From assembly GCA_038525585.1 (NCBI GenBank), contig JBCBHM010000007.1, positions 13,945 to 77,944 on the forward strand: a stretch of DNA of 64,000 nucleotides. The letters are read 5' to 3'. Made by a program: the position numbers and the translations under genes. Below, piece by piece: positions 55,439 to 63,477 of the stretch. The notes under the pieces are model-generated. The model worked only from the letters and a program-made list of their open reading frames with translations, was not told the DNA's origin and ran no database searches. This stretch comes from Pseudomonadota bacterium. GTDB taxonomy: Bacteria; Pseudomonadota; Alphaproteobacteria; Rhodobacterales; Rhodobacteraceae. Position 1 is the stretch's first letter. Every line of letters starts with the position of its first letter.

Positions 55439-56397
55439 CCGAGAAAGCGCAGCAGCGCCGCCTCACCCTGGCGCAGCTCGGTCGGGCCGTCGTCATCGAG
55501 TGTGGCCACCCGGGCCGCGCCCCCATCCGCCAAGGCGATGACGTCAGGGTGGATGTAGCTGGCGCGGGCAATGGTCGGCGTGTTGTGCAACCGCTCTGCG
55601 GTGGCCTCGGCCATATCCTTGATCCGAACGGCACCGCCAAGGCTGCGCGCGACGCGGAACGCGGCCAATGTGCCGGCCCATGTGCGCAGGCTCTTGGGGG
55701 TGACGCCGTCGCCTGCCACATCGCCCAGCACGTCCGACAGGTGCTCGGCCCTCAGCGGCACCATCTCGCCGCCCTCGCCCCGATAGTCAAACAGCCGTGG
55801 GCCCGGCAGATCGGCCGACCGATGCAGAACATGCGCCAGCCGCGCGCCGGTAAGCTGTTTGGCGACCTCGGTGCCGCCCTTGGCGGTGTAATGCAGCGCG
55901 ATGCGCGCGCCATCGGTGCTCAGGTGCCGATCCTCGAGGGTGAGCGCGCCGTAGCTGCCATTGTCCTCCGTATAGGCCAGATCGCCGGGCCGCATCGCCC
56001 CCCTGTCGATCAGTGCGAGCACAGCGGCAATCGCAGTGCTCTGCTCACCCGCGGCGCCGCCAAGGTTTTGCGTGATCCAACGGCGCAGCCGAGGCAAGGC
56101 GTGGCCCACTTCCGCCAGCGTGTCGAATTTGGTCCGGTCACGGGCAGCGGTCCAATCGGGGTGATAGCGGTACTGCTTGCGCCCCCGCGCATCGCGACCG
56201 GTCGCCAGCAGATGCGCGTTGGGCATCGGCGCCATCCACACGTCGCGATAGGCCGGTGGAACGGCGAGGGCCGCAAGGCGATCCCGCTCGGCCCGGTCGG
56301 TGATCCGCGTGCCATCCGGCGCGAGGTAGGAAAAGCCGCGACCCTGCGCCCGGCGCAGAATGCCGGGGTTGTTGTCGGGATAGTAGATTAGGGGCAT
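55435..56397 (-). CDS. DNA topoisomerase IB (bacterial, poxvirus-like)
   Basis: 320 aa: MPLIYYPDNNPGILRRAQGRGFSYLAPDG...ATGRDARGRKQYRYHPDW...LHYTAKGG...PKSLRTWAGT...TPTIARASYIHPDV, with the catalytic Tyr in SYIHP. The 713-aa track ORF is an upstream overrun. Confidence 0.85.
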   Translation of the reverse strand: MPLIYYPDNNPGILRRAQGRGFSYLAPDGTRITDRAERDRLAALAVPPAYRDVWMAPMPNAHLLATGRDARGRKQYRYHPDWTAARDRTKFDTLAEVGHALPRLRRWITQNLGGAAGEQSTAIAAVLALIDRGAMRPGDLAYTEDNGSYGALTLEDRHLSTDGARIALHYTAKGGTEVAKQLTGARLAHVLHRSADLPGPRLFDYRGEGGEMVPLRAEHLSDVLGDVAGDGVTPKSLRTWAGTLAAFRVARSLGGAVRIKDMAEATAERLHNTPTIARASYIHPDVIALADGGAARVATLDDDGPTELRQGEAALLRFLG

Positions 56398-56422
56398 GAC
56401 ACGGTCCTGTGAATGATCTGCA

Positions 56423-56448
56423 AACGCGAAACGGGGCCGCTGGGTTCC
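56423..56448 (-). promoter_or_regulatory. EcfG-type promoter motif for topoisomerase IB
   Basis: Reverse strand reads GGAAC ccagcggccccgtttcg CGTT (N17), with the -10 element 25 nt upstream of the ATG at 56397. Confidence 0.6.
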
Positions 56449-56456
56449 CGTCTCGC

Positions 56457-56482
56457 GGAACCCGGGCCTCACGTGGCGCGTT
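56457..56482 (+). promoter_or_regulatory. EcfG-type promoter motif for the cytoplasmic PRC-barrel protein gene
   Basis: GGAAC ccgggcctcacgtggcg CGTT (N17). Back-to-back with the topIB promoter (GTTCC cgtctcgc GGAAC). Confidence 0.65.
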
Positions 56483-56520
56483 GACGTCTCAGCACTTGGA
56501 TGTAGCCCAGGAGGACCATC

Positions 56521-57174
56521 ATGACCCACGCTTTCAATCGTATGCGCACCGCCACGCTCACCACCGAAGGAGAGCGGACGGCGACCATCAACGATCTGTG
56601 GTTTGATGAGGATACCGGGGCGGTGCACCATATCCGCGTCGATCTGGGTGGATGGCTGACCTCGGATGAGGCGCTGATCGGAGTGCGCCATCTTGCCGCG
56701 CCGGAGACGGCGGACGGTGCCTGGGATCTGGACATGACGCAAACGCAACTCGACGCCGCCCCGCGCTGGCCCGATGCCGCGCAGACGGCGATGGCGGATT
56801 GGCCGCCCATCATCATCGGGCCGTTCGGCAATGCGCTGTCGTTGCCGCTGGTCGGGGCTCAGTTGACCGCGGCGCGCGGTCCATCTGAGACGGGCGACGG
56901 CGCTGCACCGCGCCTGACGCAGGCTTTGTCCAGCGCAACCGAGTTCCTGTCGCAACCGGTCTTTGCCCGCGATGGAGAGCTGGGGACAGTCGAAGACGTC
57001 TGGGTCGATTGCGATGCGTGGTCGGTGCATGCGCTCGATGTGTCGACAGATGATCCATCCAAGCCCGTACGCGTCCCATATTCCGCACTGCGCCACCGCG
57101 GGTCGGAGGCGGGCCATATCGTGATCGCAGGTGTTCGCGCTGATTATTCGGACATTCACAAGCAGGCGTCGTAG
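56521..57174 (+). CDS. PRC-barrel domain protein (two barrel-like halves)
   Basis: INDLWFDEDTGAVHHIRVDLGGWLTSDEALIGV and VFARDGELGTVEDVWVDCDAWSVHALDV are PRC-barrel-like. RBS aggagg. Confidence 0.65.
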   Translation: MTHAFNRMRTATLTTEGERTATINDLWFDEDTGAVHHIRVDLGGWLTSDEALIGVRHLAAPETADGAWDLDMTQTQLDAAPRWPDAAQTAMADWPPIIIGPFGNALSLPLVGAQLTAARGPSETGDGAAPRLTQALSSATEFLSQPVFARDGELGTVEDVWVDCDAWSVHALDVSTDDPSKPVRVPYSALRHRGSEAGHIVIAGVRADYSDIHKQAS

Positions 57175-57194
57175 GCCCCACGTTACGGATGATT

Positions 57195-57219
57195 GGAACA
57201 TTGCGGCGGCTTGGGCGTT
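57195..57219 (+). promoter_or_regulatory. EcfG-type promoter motif for the amidoligase-amidotransferase operon (near-leaderless)
   Basis: GGAAC attgcggcggcttggg CGTT gctaaccgg ATG. There are 9 nt between the -10 element and the ATG at 57229. Confidence 0.6.
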
Positions 57220-57228
57220 GCTAACCGG

Positions 57229-58179
57229 ATGGAACACGCCTCCGATACAACCACGCCTGCCTTTCCGCCGCTGCCGCGGCAGGACACCTCCGACGGTGCT
57301 CCGAGGCGTGTAGGCGTGGAAGTGGAATTCGCCGGACTGGACCTGTCGCAGACAGCCGAAGTGATCGTCAGCACGCTGGGCGGCACGGTTGGACTGGCCG
57401 AAGATCATGCTTTTAGTGTGACCGATACGTCCCTCGGCGACATCACCGTCGAATTGGATACAGCCCTCACCAAGCTGGGTGAGGGCGTTGCAATGGATGC
57501 CGTCCTGGATGTTGCGCGTCAGGTCGTTCCGGTGGAAATCGTGACAGAGCCGCTCGCGCCCGATGCGCTGCCCCATCTCGACACACTGATGTCTGCACTA
57601 CGACAGGCTGGTGCGCGCGGTTCGCGCGACGGCTTGGTCTACGGCTTTGGCGTGCATCTGAATGTGGAGATCACCGGGCGCGATGATGCGTTTGTCGGCG
57701 AGACCGTGCGCGCCTACGGGCTGCTGGAGCATATCTTGCGCGCGGACATGCAGATCGACAATACGCGGCGCGTTCTGCCCTTTGTGCAGCCTTGGCCCGA
57801 CGGCTTGGTGGCTGATCTGCTTGTCGAAGACGCGCTGGACCTCGCGAAACTCATGACGATCTATGCCCGCCATACGCAATCGCGCAATCACGGGCTGGAC
57901 CTGTTGCCTTTGCTCAAATGGGCAGCACCGGAACAGTTTGATCGTCACTTTCCAAGTGTCAAAAGCGCTGCCCGCCCCGCCTTTCACTTCCGCCTACCCG
58001 AATCCCGGATTGATGAGCCGGACTGGTCTCTCGCCCAAGCATGGGCGCAGTGGTTGCAGGTGGAACGGCTGGCGGATGATCCGACTCTGCTGCGCGCGAT
58101 GGCAGAGGCATGGCACCGCTCGGACCGGACAAAGGCGCTGCGCGCCGTCCTCGAAACCAAAGGAAACGACGATGTTTGA
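57229..58179 (+). CDS. Amidoligase_2-family (glutamine-synthetase-fold) putative amidoligase
   Basis: RVGVEVEFAGLDLSQTAEVIVSTLGG...VPVEIVTEPL...YGFGVHLNVE resembles the putative amidoligase family. 8-nt overlap with the downstream amidotransferase gene. Confidence 0.6.
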   Translation: MEHASDTTTPAFPPLPRQDTSDGAPRRVGVEVEFAGLDLSQTAEVIVSTLGGTVGLAEDHAFSVTDTSLGDITVELDTALTKLGEGVAMDAVLDVARQVVPVEIVTEPLAPDALPHLDTLMSALRQAGARGSRDGLVYGFGVHLNVEITGRDDAFVGETVRAYGLLEHILRADMQIDNTRRVLPFVQPWPDGLVADLLVEDALDLAKLMTIYARHTQSRNHGLDLLPLLKWAAPEQFDRHFPSVKSAARPAFHFRLPESRIDEPDWSLAQAWAQWLQVERLADDPTLLRAMAEAWHRSDRTKALRAVLETKGNDDV

Positions 58180-58900
58180 CCGCCGAGACCGCCCACTGAT
58201 CGGTGTGACCACCTCGGCCCGTTCTGGCTGGCGCATCTTCCCGCTGGTTGCCCTCAATCTCTGGGCGGTGGGTGCGCGGGCTGTGCGGTGGGGCACGGGT
58301 CGGCCGCATGACCTGGATCTCGTGGATGGGATCATCATTGGCGGTGGCGACGATATCTCGCCCGACCTGTATGGCGGCGAAATGGGCGTGAGCGTGCGGC
58401 TCGACCCCGCCCGTGACGCGTTCGAGCGTGATCTGGCATGCGCCGCTTTCGAACGTGGTATCCCTGTTCTGGGCATTTGCCGCGGGGCGCAGATGTTGAA
58501 CATCGCTCTGGGCGGAGCGCTGGATCAGAACGCCTGGGCCACATATCCCGAGATGAAGCCGATCAAGACCGTCCTGCCGCGACGCCACATCCGGCCCGTG
58601 GCGGGCAGTCGCCTGGCGCGGATCGTGGGCCCGGAGGAAATGAAGGTAAACGCGCTGCACACCCAGGCCGTCAGCAAGTTGGGCCGCGGCCTGAACGTCG
58701 CTGCCCGCGACCTGGGCGGCATGGTGCAGGCGGTCGAACGGGTCGAAGATCCGTTTGCCCTTGGCGTGCAGTGGCACCCCGAGCATCTGATCTACGCGCG
58801 ACGGCAGCGGGCGATCTTTGGCGCGCTGGCGGGTGCCGCCCGGGCCCGACGCGAGAATACGCAGCAAGTGCGTGCAGCTGTATTACAGGTTGCGGAATGA
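58172..58900 (+). CDS. Class I glutamine amidotransferase / gamma-glutamyl hydrolase (peptidase C26) family
   Basis: PLIGVTT...IIIGGGDDISPDLYG...RDAFERDL...PVLGICRGAQMLNIALGG...VQWHPE is the Cys-His-Glu triad context. Start at MFDRRD (58172); the track ORF from 57863 is an overrun. Confidence 0.8.
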   Translation: MFDRRDRPLIGVTTSARSGWRIFPLVALNLWAVGARAVRWGTGRPHDLDLVDGIIIGGGDDISPDLYGGEMGVSVRLDPARDAFERDLACAAFERGIPVLGICRGAQMLNIALGGALDQNAWATYPEMKPIKTVLPRRHIRPVAGSRLARIVGPEEMKVNALHTQAVSKLGRGLNVAARDLGGMVQAVERVEDPFALGVQWHPEHLIYARRQRAIFGALAGAARARRENTQQVRAAVLQVAE

Positions 58901-59259
58901 TTGGAAACGCTGGTTTTTACTTGGATTCATAGAAAGCAATTTATGGAAAGATCAAAAATATCTTTGCTCTTTTTCGTCACTTTACGGAGTGACTTGTCGC
59001 CCACATATTACGCGGTGTAATTCACGTGAAGAGAGCAAGTGATGAAACGCTTTACAAAGACACTCGTGACCAGAGCCACTCTGCGCTCACCGGCATTGCT
59101 GCAACCTTTTCGTTTCACGACGTGTTGAGAATGAGGGCATCAAACGGCTCGGAGGTCTCCACCAGCGACGGCAAACCGTTCGGTGCGCTGACCCATTTCG
59201 GGTACGATGGATCCGAATGAAACAGCGCGGATCATTCTGAACAACTGGTACTGTCTTGC

Positions 59260-59289
59260 TGATCAGGCCCACCATTTTGGCGGGTCCGG
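59260..59289 (+). repeat. Possible solo terminal-repeat remnant of the same IS3-type element
   Basis: TGATCAGGCCCACCATTTTGGCGGGTCCGG compared with the copy A end TGATCAGCCCCACCTGAGTGGTCCGG. No IS interior follows. Confidence 0.3.
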
Positions 59290-59394
59290 ATTTTTTATTT
59301 CGATATCCAATAATTCATTTTTTCATGACGCATCTTACGATATATGCTTAAAGCTTTGAGATGATCGCCAAAAAACTTGAATACTAAATACTCG

Positions 59395-60267
59395 CTACGG
59401 CAATAACCCCTTTAGGTAAGCGCCGTATTGCGTTTTGGCGAACAGCGCCGCGCGTGCTGCCAGTTCATCCGCGCTGATCCATCCCAACTCATAGGCGATC
59501 TCTTCGGGGCAACCGACCTGCTGTCCCTGTCGGTCGCTGAGCGTGCGCACAAAGTTACCGGCATCCAGCAGTGAACCATGCGTACCCGTGTCGAGCCAGG
59601 CATAGCCGCGTCCCATTTGCTGTACGTTCAGCTGCCCATCCGCCAGATACATCTCGAGCAGCGAGGTGATCTCCAATTCGCCCCGTTCTGAGGGTCGGAC
59701 AGCCGCCGCCCGCTCCGGCGCCGTACCGTCGAGGAAATACAACCCCGTCACCGCATAGTTCGAAGGCGGCACCGGCGGCTTTTCCACGATCGCCCTAGCT
59801 GCGCCATCGGGCGCGAAATCCACCACGCCGTAGCGCTCGGGATCCGCAACGCGGTAGCCAAAGACGGTGCCGCCCGTCTCGACCGCATCCGCGCTGGCCA
59901 GCCGTTCGGGCAGGCCGTGGCCGAAAAAGATGTTGTCGCCCAGCACCATGGCCGAAGGGGCGCCATCCAAGAAATCACTGGCCAGCAGATAGGCTTGCGC
60001 CAGCCCGTCGGGTGAGGGCTGCTCGACATATGTCAGCGAAAGCCCCCATTGCGCCCCGTCACCCAGCGTGCGCTGGAACTGTGCCTGGTCCTGGGGCGTA
60101 GTGATCACGCATATCTCGCGAATGCCCGCGAGCATCAGCACCGACAGCGGATAGTAGATCATCGGCTTGTCGTAGATCGGCAGAAGCTGTTTCGACACGC
60201 CCATCGTGATTGGGTACAGCCGTGTGCCCGAACCCCCTGCCAGAATGATGCCTTTGCGTTTCGTCAT
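59395..60267 (-). CDS. rfbA: Glucose-1-phosphate thymidylyltransferase
   Basis: [52 protein letters not shown] is canonical RmlA. 290 aa. Confidence 0.95.
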   Translation of the reverse strand: MTKRKGIILAGGSGTRLYPITMGVSKQLLPIYDKPMIYYPLSVLMLAGIREICVITTPQDQAQFQRTLGDGAQWGLSLTYVEQPSPDGLAQAYLLASDFLDGAPSAMVLGDNIFFGHGLPERLASADAVETGGTVFGYRVADPERYGVVDFAPDGAARAIVEKPPVPPSNYAVTGLYFLDGTAPERAAAVRPSERGELEITSLLEMYLADGQLNVQQMGRGYAWLDTGTHGSLLDAGNFVRTLSDRQGQQVGCPEEIAYELGWISADELAARAALFAKTQYGAYLKGLLP

Positions 60268-61103
60268 GTGAGTGCTTTCAGAACGAGGGCCAGGTCACGG
60301 CGCCAGTCCGCAGGGGTAACGCCGAATTCCGTCTCCAGTGTGGTGCAATCGAGCCTGGAATTGAGCGGGCGTGTAGCGGGTGTGGGGTAATCGGCGGTTG
60401 CAATGCCGGTGACCGAGACATCACGCCCGGCCTGCGCAAAAATCTCGCGTGCGAAACCGGCCCATGACGTGTTTGGCGCACCAGCATAATGGTACGTGCC
60501 GCCCTTGTGGCCGTCCAGCAGGGCGCCGGTGATCTTGAGAACGGTCTCGGCAATGCCCCGGGCAGGCGTCGGCCCGCCAACTTGATCGTCGACCACGCTG
60601 AGCGCATTGCGCGCCTCGCTCAGCCGCAGCATCGTTTTGACAAAGTTCGTGCCGTGGGCGGAAAACACCCAGGAGGTGCGCAGGATCACATGGCGCCCGC
60701 CCGCGTTCCAGATCAACGCCTCGCCCCCCAGCTTACTCGCCCCATAGACACCCAGAGGGGCCACGGGGTCGTCAGGCCGATGCGGCGTTGTCCCAGCACC
60801 GTCAAACACGTAGTCGGTCGAGATATGAACCAGCGGGATGTCCCGGGCTGCGGCATGTTCGGCCATCGTGCCGACGGACGCACCATTCACCGCCATGGCA
60901 AGGTCGCGCTCGTCTTCGGCACGGTCAACGGCGGTGTAGGCCGCCGCATTGATTATCGCGCGGGCCTGCGTGTTCTTGAGGAATGCGGCGACCTGCGTCG
61001 GCTTGGCCAGATCAACCTCATCCCGTGGCACATAGCGCGCCTCCGGCTCCAAGAGGGCCAATTCGGTGGCGACCTGCCCGGTTTTGCCAAAAACGACGAT
61101 CAT
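60264..61103 (-). CDS. rfbD: dTDP-4-dehydrorhamnose reductase
   Basis: [15 protein letters not shown]...[13 protein letters not shown]...YGASKLGGE is RmlD-like. ATGA overlaps on both sides. Confidence 0.9.
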   Translation of the reverse strand: MIVVFGKTGQVATELALLEPEARYVPRDEVDLAKPTQVAAFLKNTQARAIINAAAYTAVDRAEDERDLAMAVNGASVGTMAEHAAARDIPLVHISTDYVFDGAGTTPHRPDDPVAPLGVYGASKLGGEALIWNAGGRHVILRTSWVFSAHGTNFVKTMLRLSEARNALSVVDDQVGGPTPARGIAETVLKITGALLDGHKGGTYHYAGAPNTSWAGFAREIFAQAGRDVSVTGIATADYPTPATRPLNSRLDCTTLETEFGVTPADWRRDLALVLKALT

Positions 61104-62143
61104 GCCTTGGTCCCGAGCCGCTGACCGACCCCGTCGCGGTGTTGCAGCGCCTGCCACCATGCGGCGTTGTCGAGATACCAGTCCACAGTGCGCGCGAGCC
61201 CCTCTTCGACCGTGACCGACGGGCGCCAGCCCAGCTCCTCGCGGATACGGGTGGGGTCGATCGCATAGCGCGCGTCATGCCCGGGCCGGTCGGTGACGAA
61301 TGTGATCAGATCCGCATAAGACCCTTCATTGAGCGGCCGCTTGTCATCGAGGATGGCGCACAGCGTTTGCACAAGCTCGAGGTTCGTGCGCTCGTTCTCG
61401 CCCCCGATATTGTAGCTTTGCCCAAGCGCGCCTTTTTTCAGTACACACAGCAGCGCATCGGCGTGATCCTCGACATAGAGCCAGTCACGCACGTTCGACC
61501 CGTCGCCATAGATAGGCAACGGCTTGCCTGCCAGCGCGTTGAGGATCACGACCGGGATCAGCTTTTCGGGGAAATGGTAGGGGCCATAATTGTTCGAACA
61601 ATTGCTCAGCACCACCGGCAGCCCGTAAGTATGGTGCCAGGCGCGGACCAGATGGTCCGACGCAGCCTTGGACGCCGAATAGGGCGAACGCGGGTCATAG
61701 GGTGTCGTTTCCGTGAAGAGGCCATCGGGCCCCAGCGACCCAAATACCTCATCGGTAGACACGTGGTGAAAGCGGAACCCCTCGGGCGTGCCGCGCGCCT
61801 CCCAATATGCCCGCGCCGCTTCGAGCAGCGTGTAGGTGCCCATCACATTCGTGTCCATGAACGCGCCCGGCCCGTCGATGGAGCGGTCCACATGGCTTTC
61901 GGCGGCCAGATGCATCACCGCATCTGGCGCGTGTTCGGAAAAAACTTTATCCAATGCGGCCCTGTCGCGAATATCGGCCTGCACAAACACATAGCCCGGC
62001 GCGTCTGCCACGCTGGCCACGTTGTCGAGGCACGCGGCATAGGTCAGCGCATCGAGGTTGATGACGGCGTGCCCCTGCGCCACGGCGTGGCGCACAACCG
62101 CAGAGCCGATGAACCCGGCCCCGCCGGTGATGAGAAGTTTCAT
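61100..62143 (-). CDS. rfbB: dTDP-glucose 4,6-dehydratase
   Basis: [15 protein letters not shown]...[11 protein letters not shown]...[12 protein letters not shown]. 347 aa. Confidence 0.95.
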   Translation of the reverse strand: MKLLITGGAGFIGSAVVRHAVAQGHAVINLDALTYAACLDNVASVADAPGYVFVQADIRDRAALDKVFSEHAPDAVMHLAAESHVDRSIDGPGAFMDTNVMGTYTLLEAARAYWEARGTPEGFRFHHVSTDEVFGSLGPDGLFTETTPYDPRSPYSASKAASDHLVRAWHHTYGLPVVLSNCSNNYGPYHFPEKLIPVVILNALAGKPLPIYGDGSNVRDWLYVEDHADALLCVLKKGALGQSYNIGGENERTNLELVQTLCAILDDKRPLNEGSYADLITFVTDRPGHDARYAIDPTRIREELGWRPSVTVEEGLARTVDWYLDNAAWWQALQHRDGVGQRLGTKA

Positions 62144-62703
62144 TTGCGCACCTTGTCCGGGACAAACGGGCTGGTCCAGCTGGCAAAATCAGGCGCGGCG
62201 GCGTCCTTGTCAGAGATCAACGGCGCGCCGTCCAGAGGCCAGTCGATCCCGCAACTGTCCCAGTGCACGGCGCCATCGGCGTCAGGTGCGTAAAAGTCCG
62301 TGCACTTGTAGACGATCTCTGTGTTGTCTTCGAGCGTGACAAACCCGTGCAAAAAGCCCTCCGGGATCATCAATTGCTTGCCATTGGCAAAGCTCAGCTC
62401 CAGCCCAAACCATTGGCCATAGGTCGGTGACGTGCAGCGTATGTCAACAGCGACGTCCCAAAGCCGCCCCTGCCCACAACGTACCAGCTTGCCTTGGGCA
62501 TGCGGGGGCGCCTGGTAGTGCAGGCCGCGCACGGTTCCGCGCTGCGCCGACACAGAATGGTTGTCTTGCACAAACTCATAATCGAGGCCGGCCTCCGCCA
62601 TGCGGCGGGCATTCCAGCTTTCACAGAAAAACCCGCGCGGATCTTCAATGCGGCGAGGTGTGAGGATTTTCAGCCCAGGCAGGGGCGTGTCTTCGATCAT
62701 CAT
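62140..62703 (-). CDS. rfbC: dTDP-4-dehydrorhamnose 3,5-epimerase
   Basis: [13 protein letters not shown]...[18 protein letters not shown]...[17 protein letters not shown] is the RmlC cupin pattern. Start at the MM pair (62703). Confidence 0.9.
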   Translation of the reverse strand: MMIEDTPLPGLKILTPRRIEDPRGFFCESWNARRMAEAGLDYEFVQDNHSVSAQRGTVRGLHYQAPPHAQGKLVRCGQGRLWDVAVDIRCTSPTYGQWFGLELSFANGKQLMIPEGFLHGFVTLEDNTEIVYKCTDFYAPDADGAVHWDSCGIDWPLDGAPLISDKDAAAPDFASWTSPFVPDKVRK

Positions 62704-62811
62704 CAGCGGGGCGCTTACCTTGCGAGCTATGATATGCGGTGGCACGCACGCGGCGTCCGCCCTTTGTCCTAAGGTACACAGGGATTTGTGTAAATGATGC
62801 TGCGCTTAGAG

Positions 62812-63240
62812 TGTAGCCGCAGATCGTCACTCGAGGTGCCTCGAGTTTTGCAGAGGCTTTGCCCCCTAATTTTGAGGCAAGCGGGCCATCATGTGGACAA
62901 GTAATTGCAGCGACGAGTTCAAGCGGGATGCTGTGGATCAGATGACAGTGCGGGAAGTTTTGCAGCGGTTAGGTGTCAGTACCCATTCGCTGTGCACATG
63001 GATAAAGTTGTTCGGGGGACCGGCATCCAAAGCGAACGAGATCGACCATGAAGCCGAGAGCCGACGGTTGAAGCGTGAGCTGGCCCGCATGACCGAGGAG
63101 CGCGACATCGCAAAAACGGCAACGAAACGTTTCGCGCGCGAACCCAAATGAAGTAAGCGTTCAGCCGGGCGCATCGCGGGGAGTTCGGCGTTCGGGCCAT
63201 GTGTCCTGTACCGCGGGTTCAATTCAGCGCTTCGATGTAG
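62812..63240 (+). mobile_element. Truncated IS3-family element of a different type (OrfA plus the first codons of OrfB)
   Basis: ORF 62891-63151 reads CSDEFKRDAVDQMTVREVLQRLGVSTHSLCTWIKLF...ESRRLKRELARMTEERDIAKTATKRFARE (IS3/IS911 OrfA). It is followed by AHRGEFGVRAMC, the start of an OrfB-like frame, and then terminates. The left boundary is approximate. Confidence 0.55.
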
Positions 63241-63477
63241 CATTTGACTTGTCATTCAGTTTGGCCGGTGCCCTCGTCAGTTCAAACTCAAACGTATGGC
63301 GCAGGGCTCCGAAGCAGGCGCGCAGCGTGGTGATCGTCACAACATCACCATCGGCAAGAAGGCCCTCAACTTTTTCGCGCGCTAAGCCCAAACATCGCCT
63401 CACCACAGGCTTCTTGCAGGGCGCAATGCACTTTGTCGTGCTGCTGCCGCACATCTAGTGGCCGTACTCTTGGGCCA
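63241..63477 (-). pseudogene. Possible serine recombinase (resolvase/invertase) N-terminal remnant, heavily decayed
   Basis: The reverse strand gives MKNGPRVRPLDVRQQHDKVHCALQEACGEAMF in one frame and EKVEGLLADGDVVTITTLRACFGALRHTFEFELTRAPAKL in another. This loosely parallels the resolvase pattern M..GY.RVST.DQ...Q...L..AGC..IF ... L..GD.LVV..LDRL.RS...L......L...G. Confidence 0.25.

Noticed and set aside
55171-56391. 406-aa ORF on the plus strand
   Set aside because: It overlaps the MATE 3' end out of frame and is antisense to topoisomerase IB. No motifs are present. It is a shadow ORF.
56398-57576. Upstream 393 codons of the 713-aa minus-strand ORF
   Set aside because: The TopIB homology starts at MPLIYYPDNNPG (56397). 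The upstream part is antisense to the PRC-barrel and amidoligase genes and crosses two promoter motifs. It is an ORF overrun, not part of the gene.
57863-58171. N-terminal extension of the amidotransferase track ORF
   Set aside because: It is out of frame within the amidoligase gene. GATase homology begins at MFDRRDRPLIGVTT (58172).
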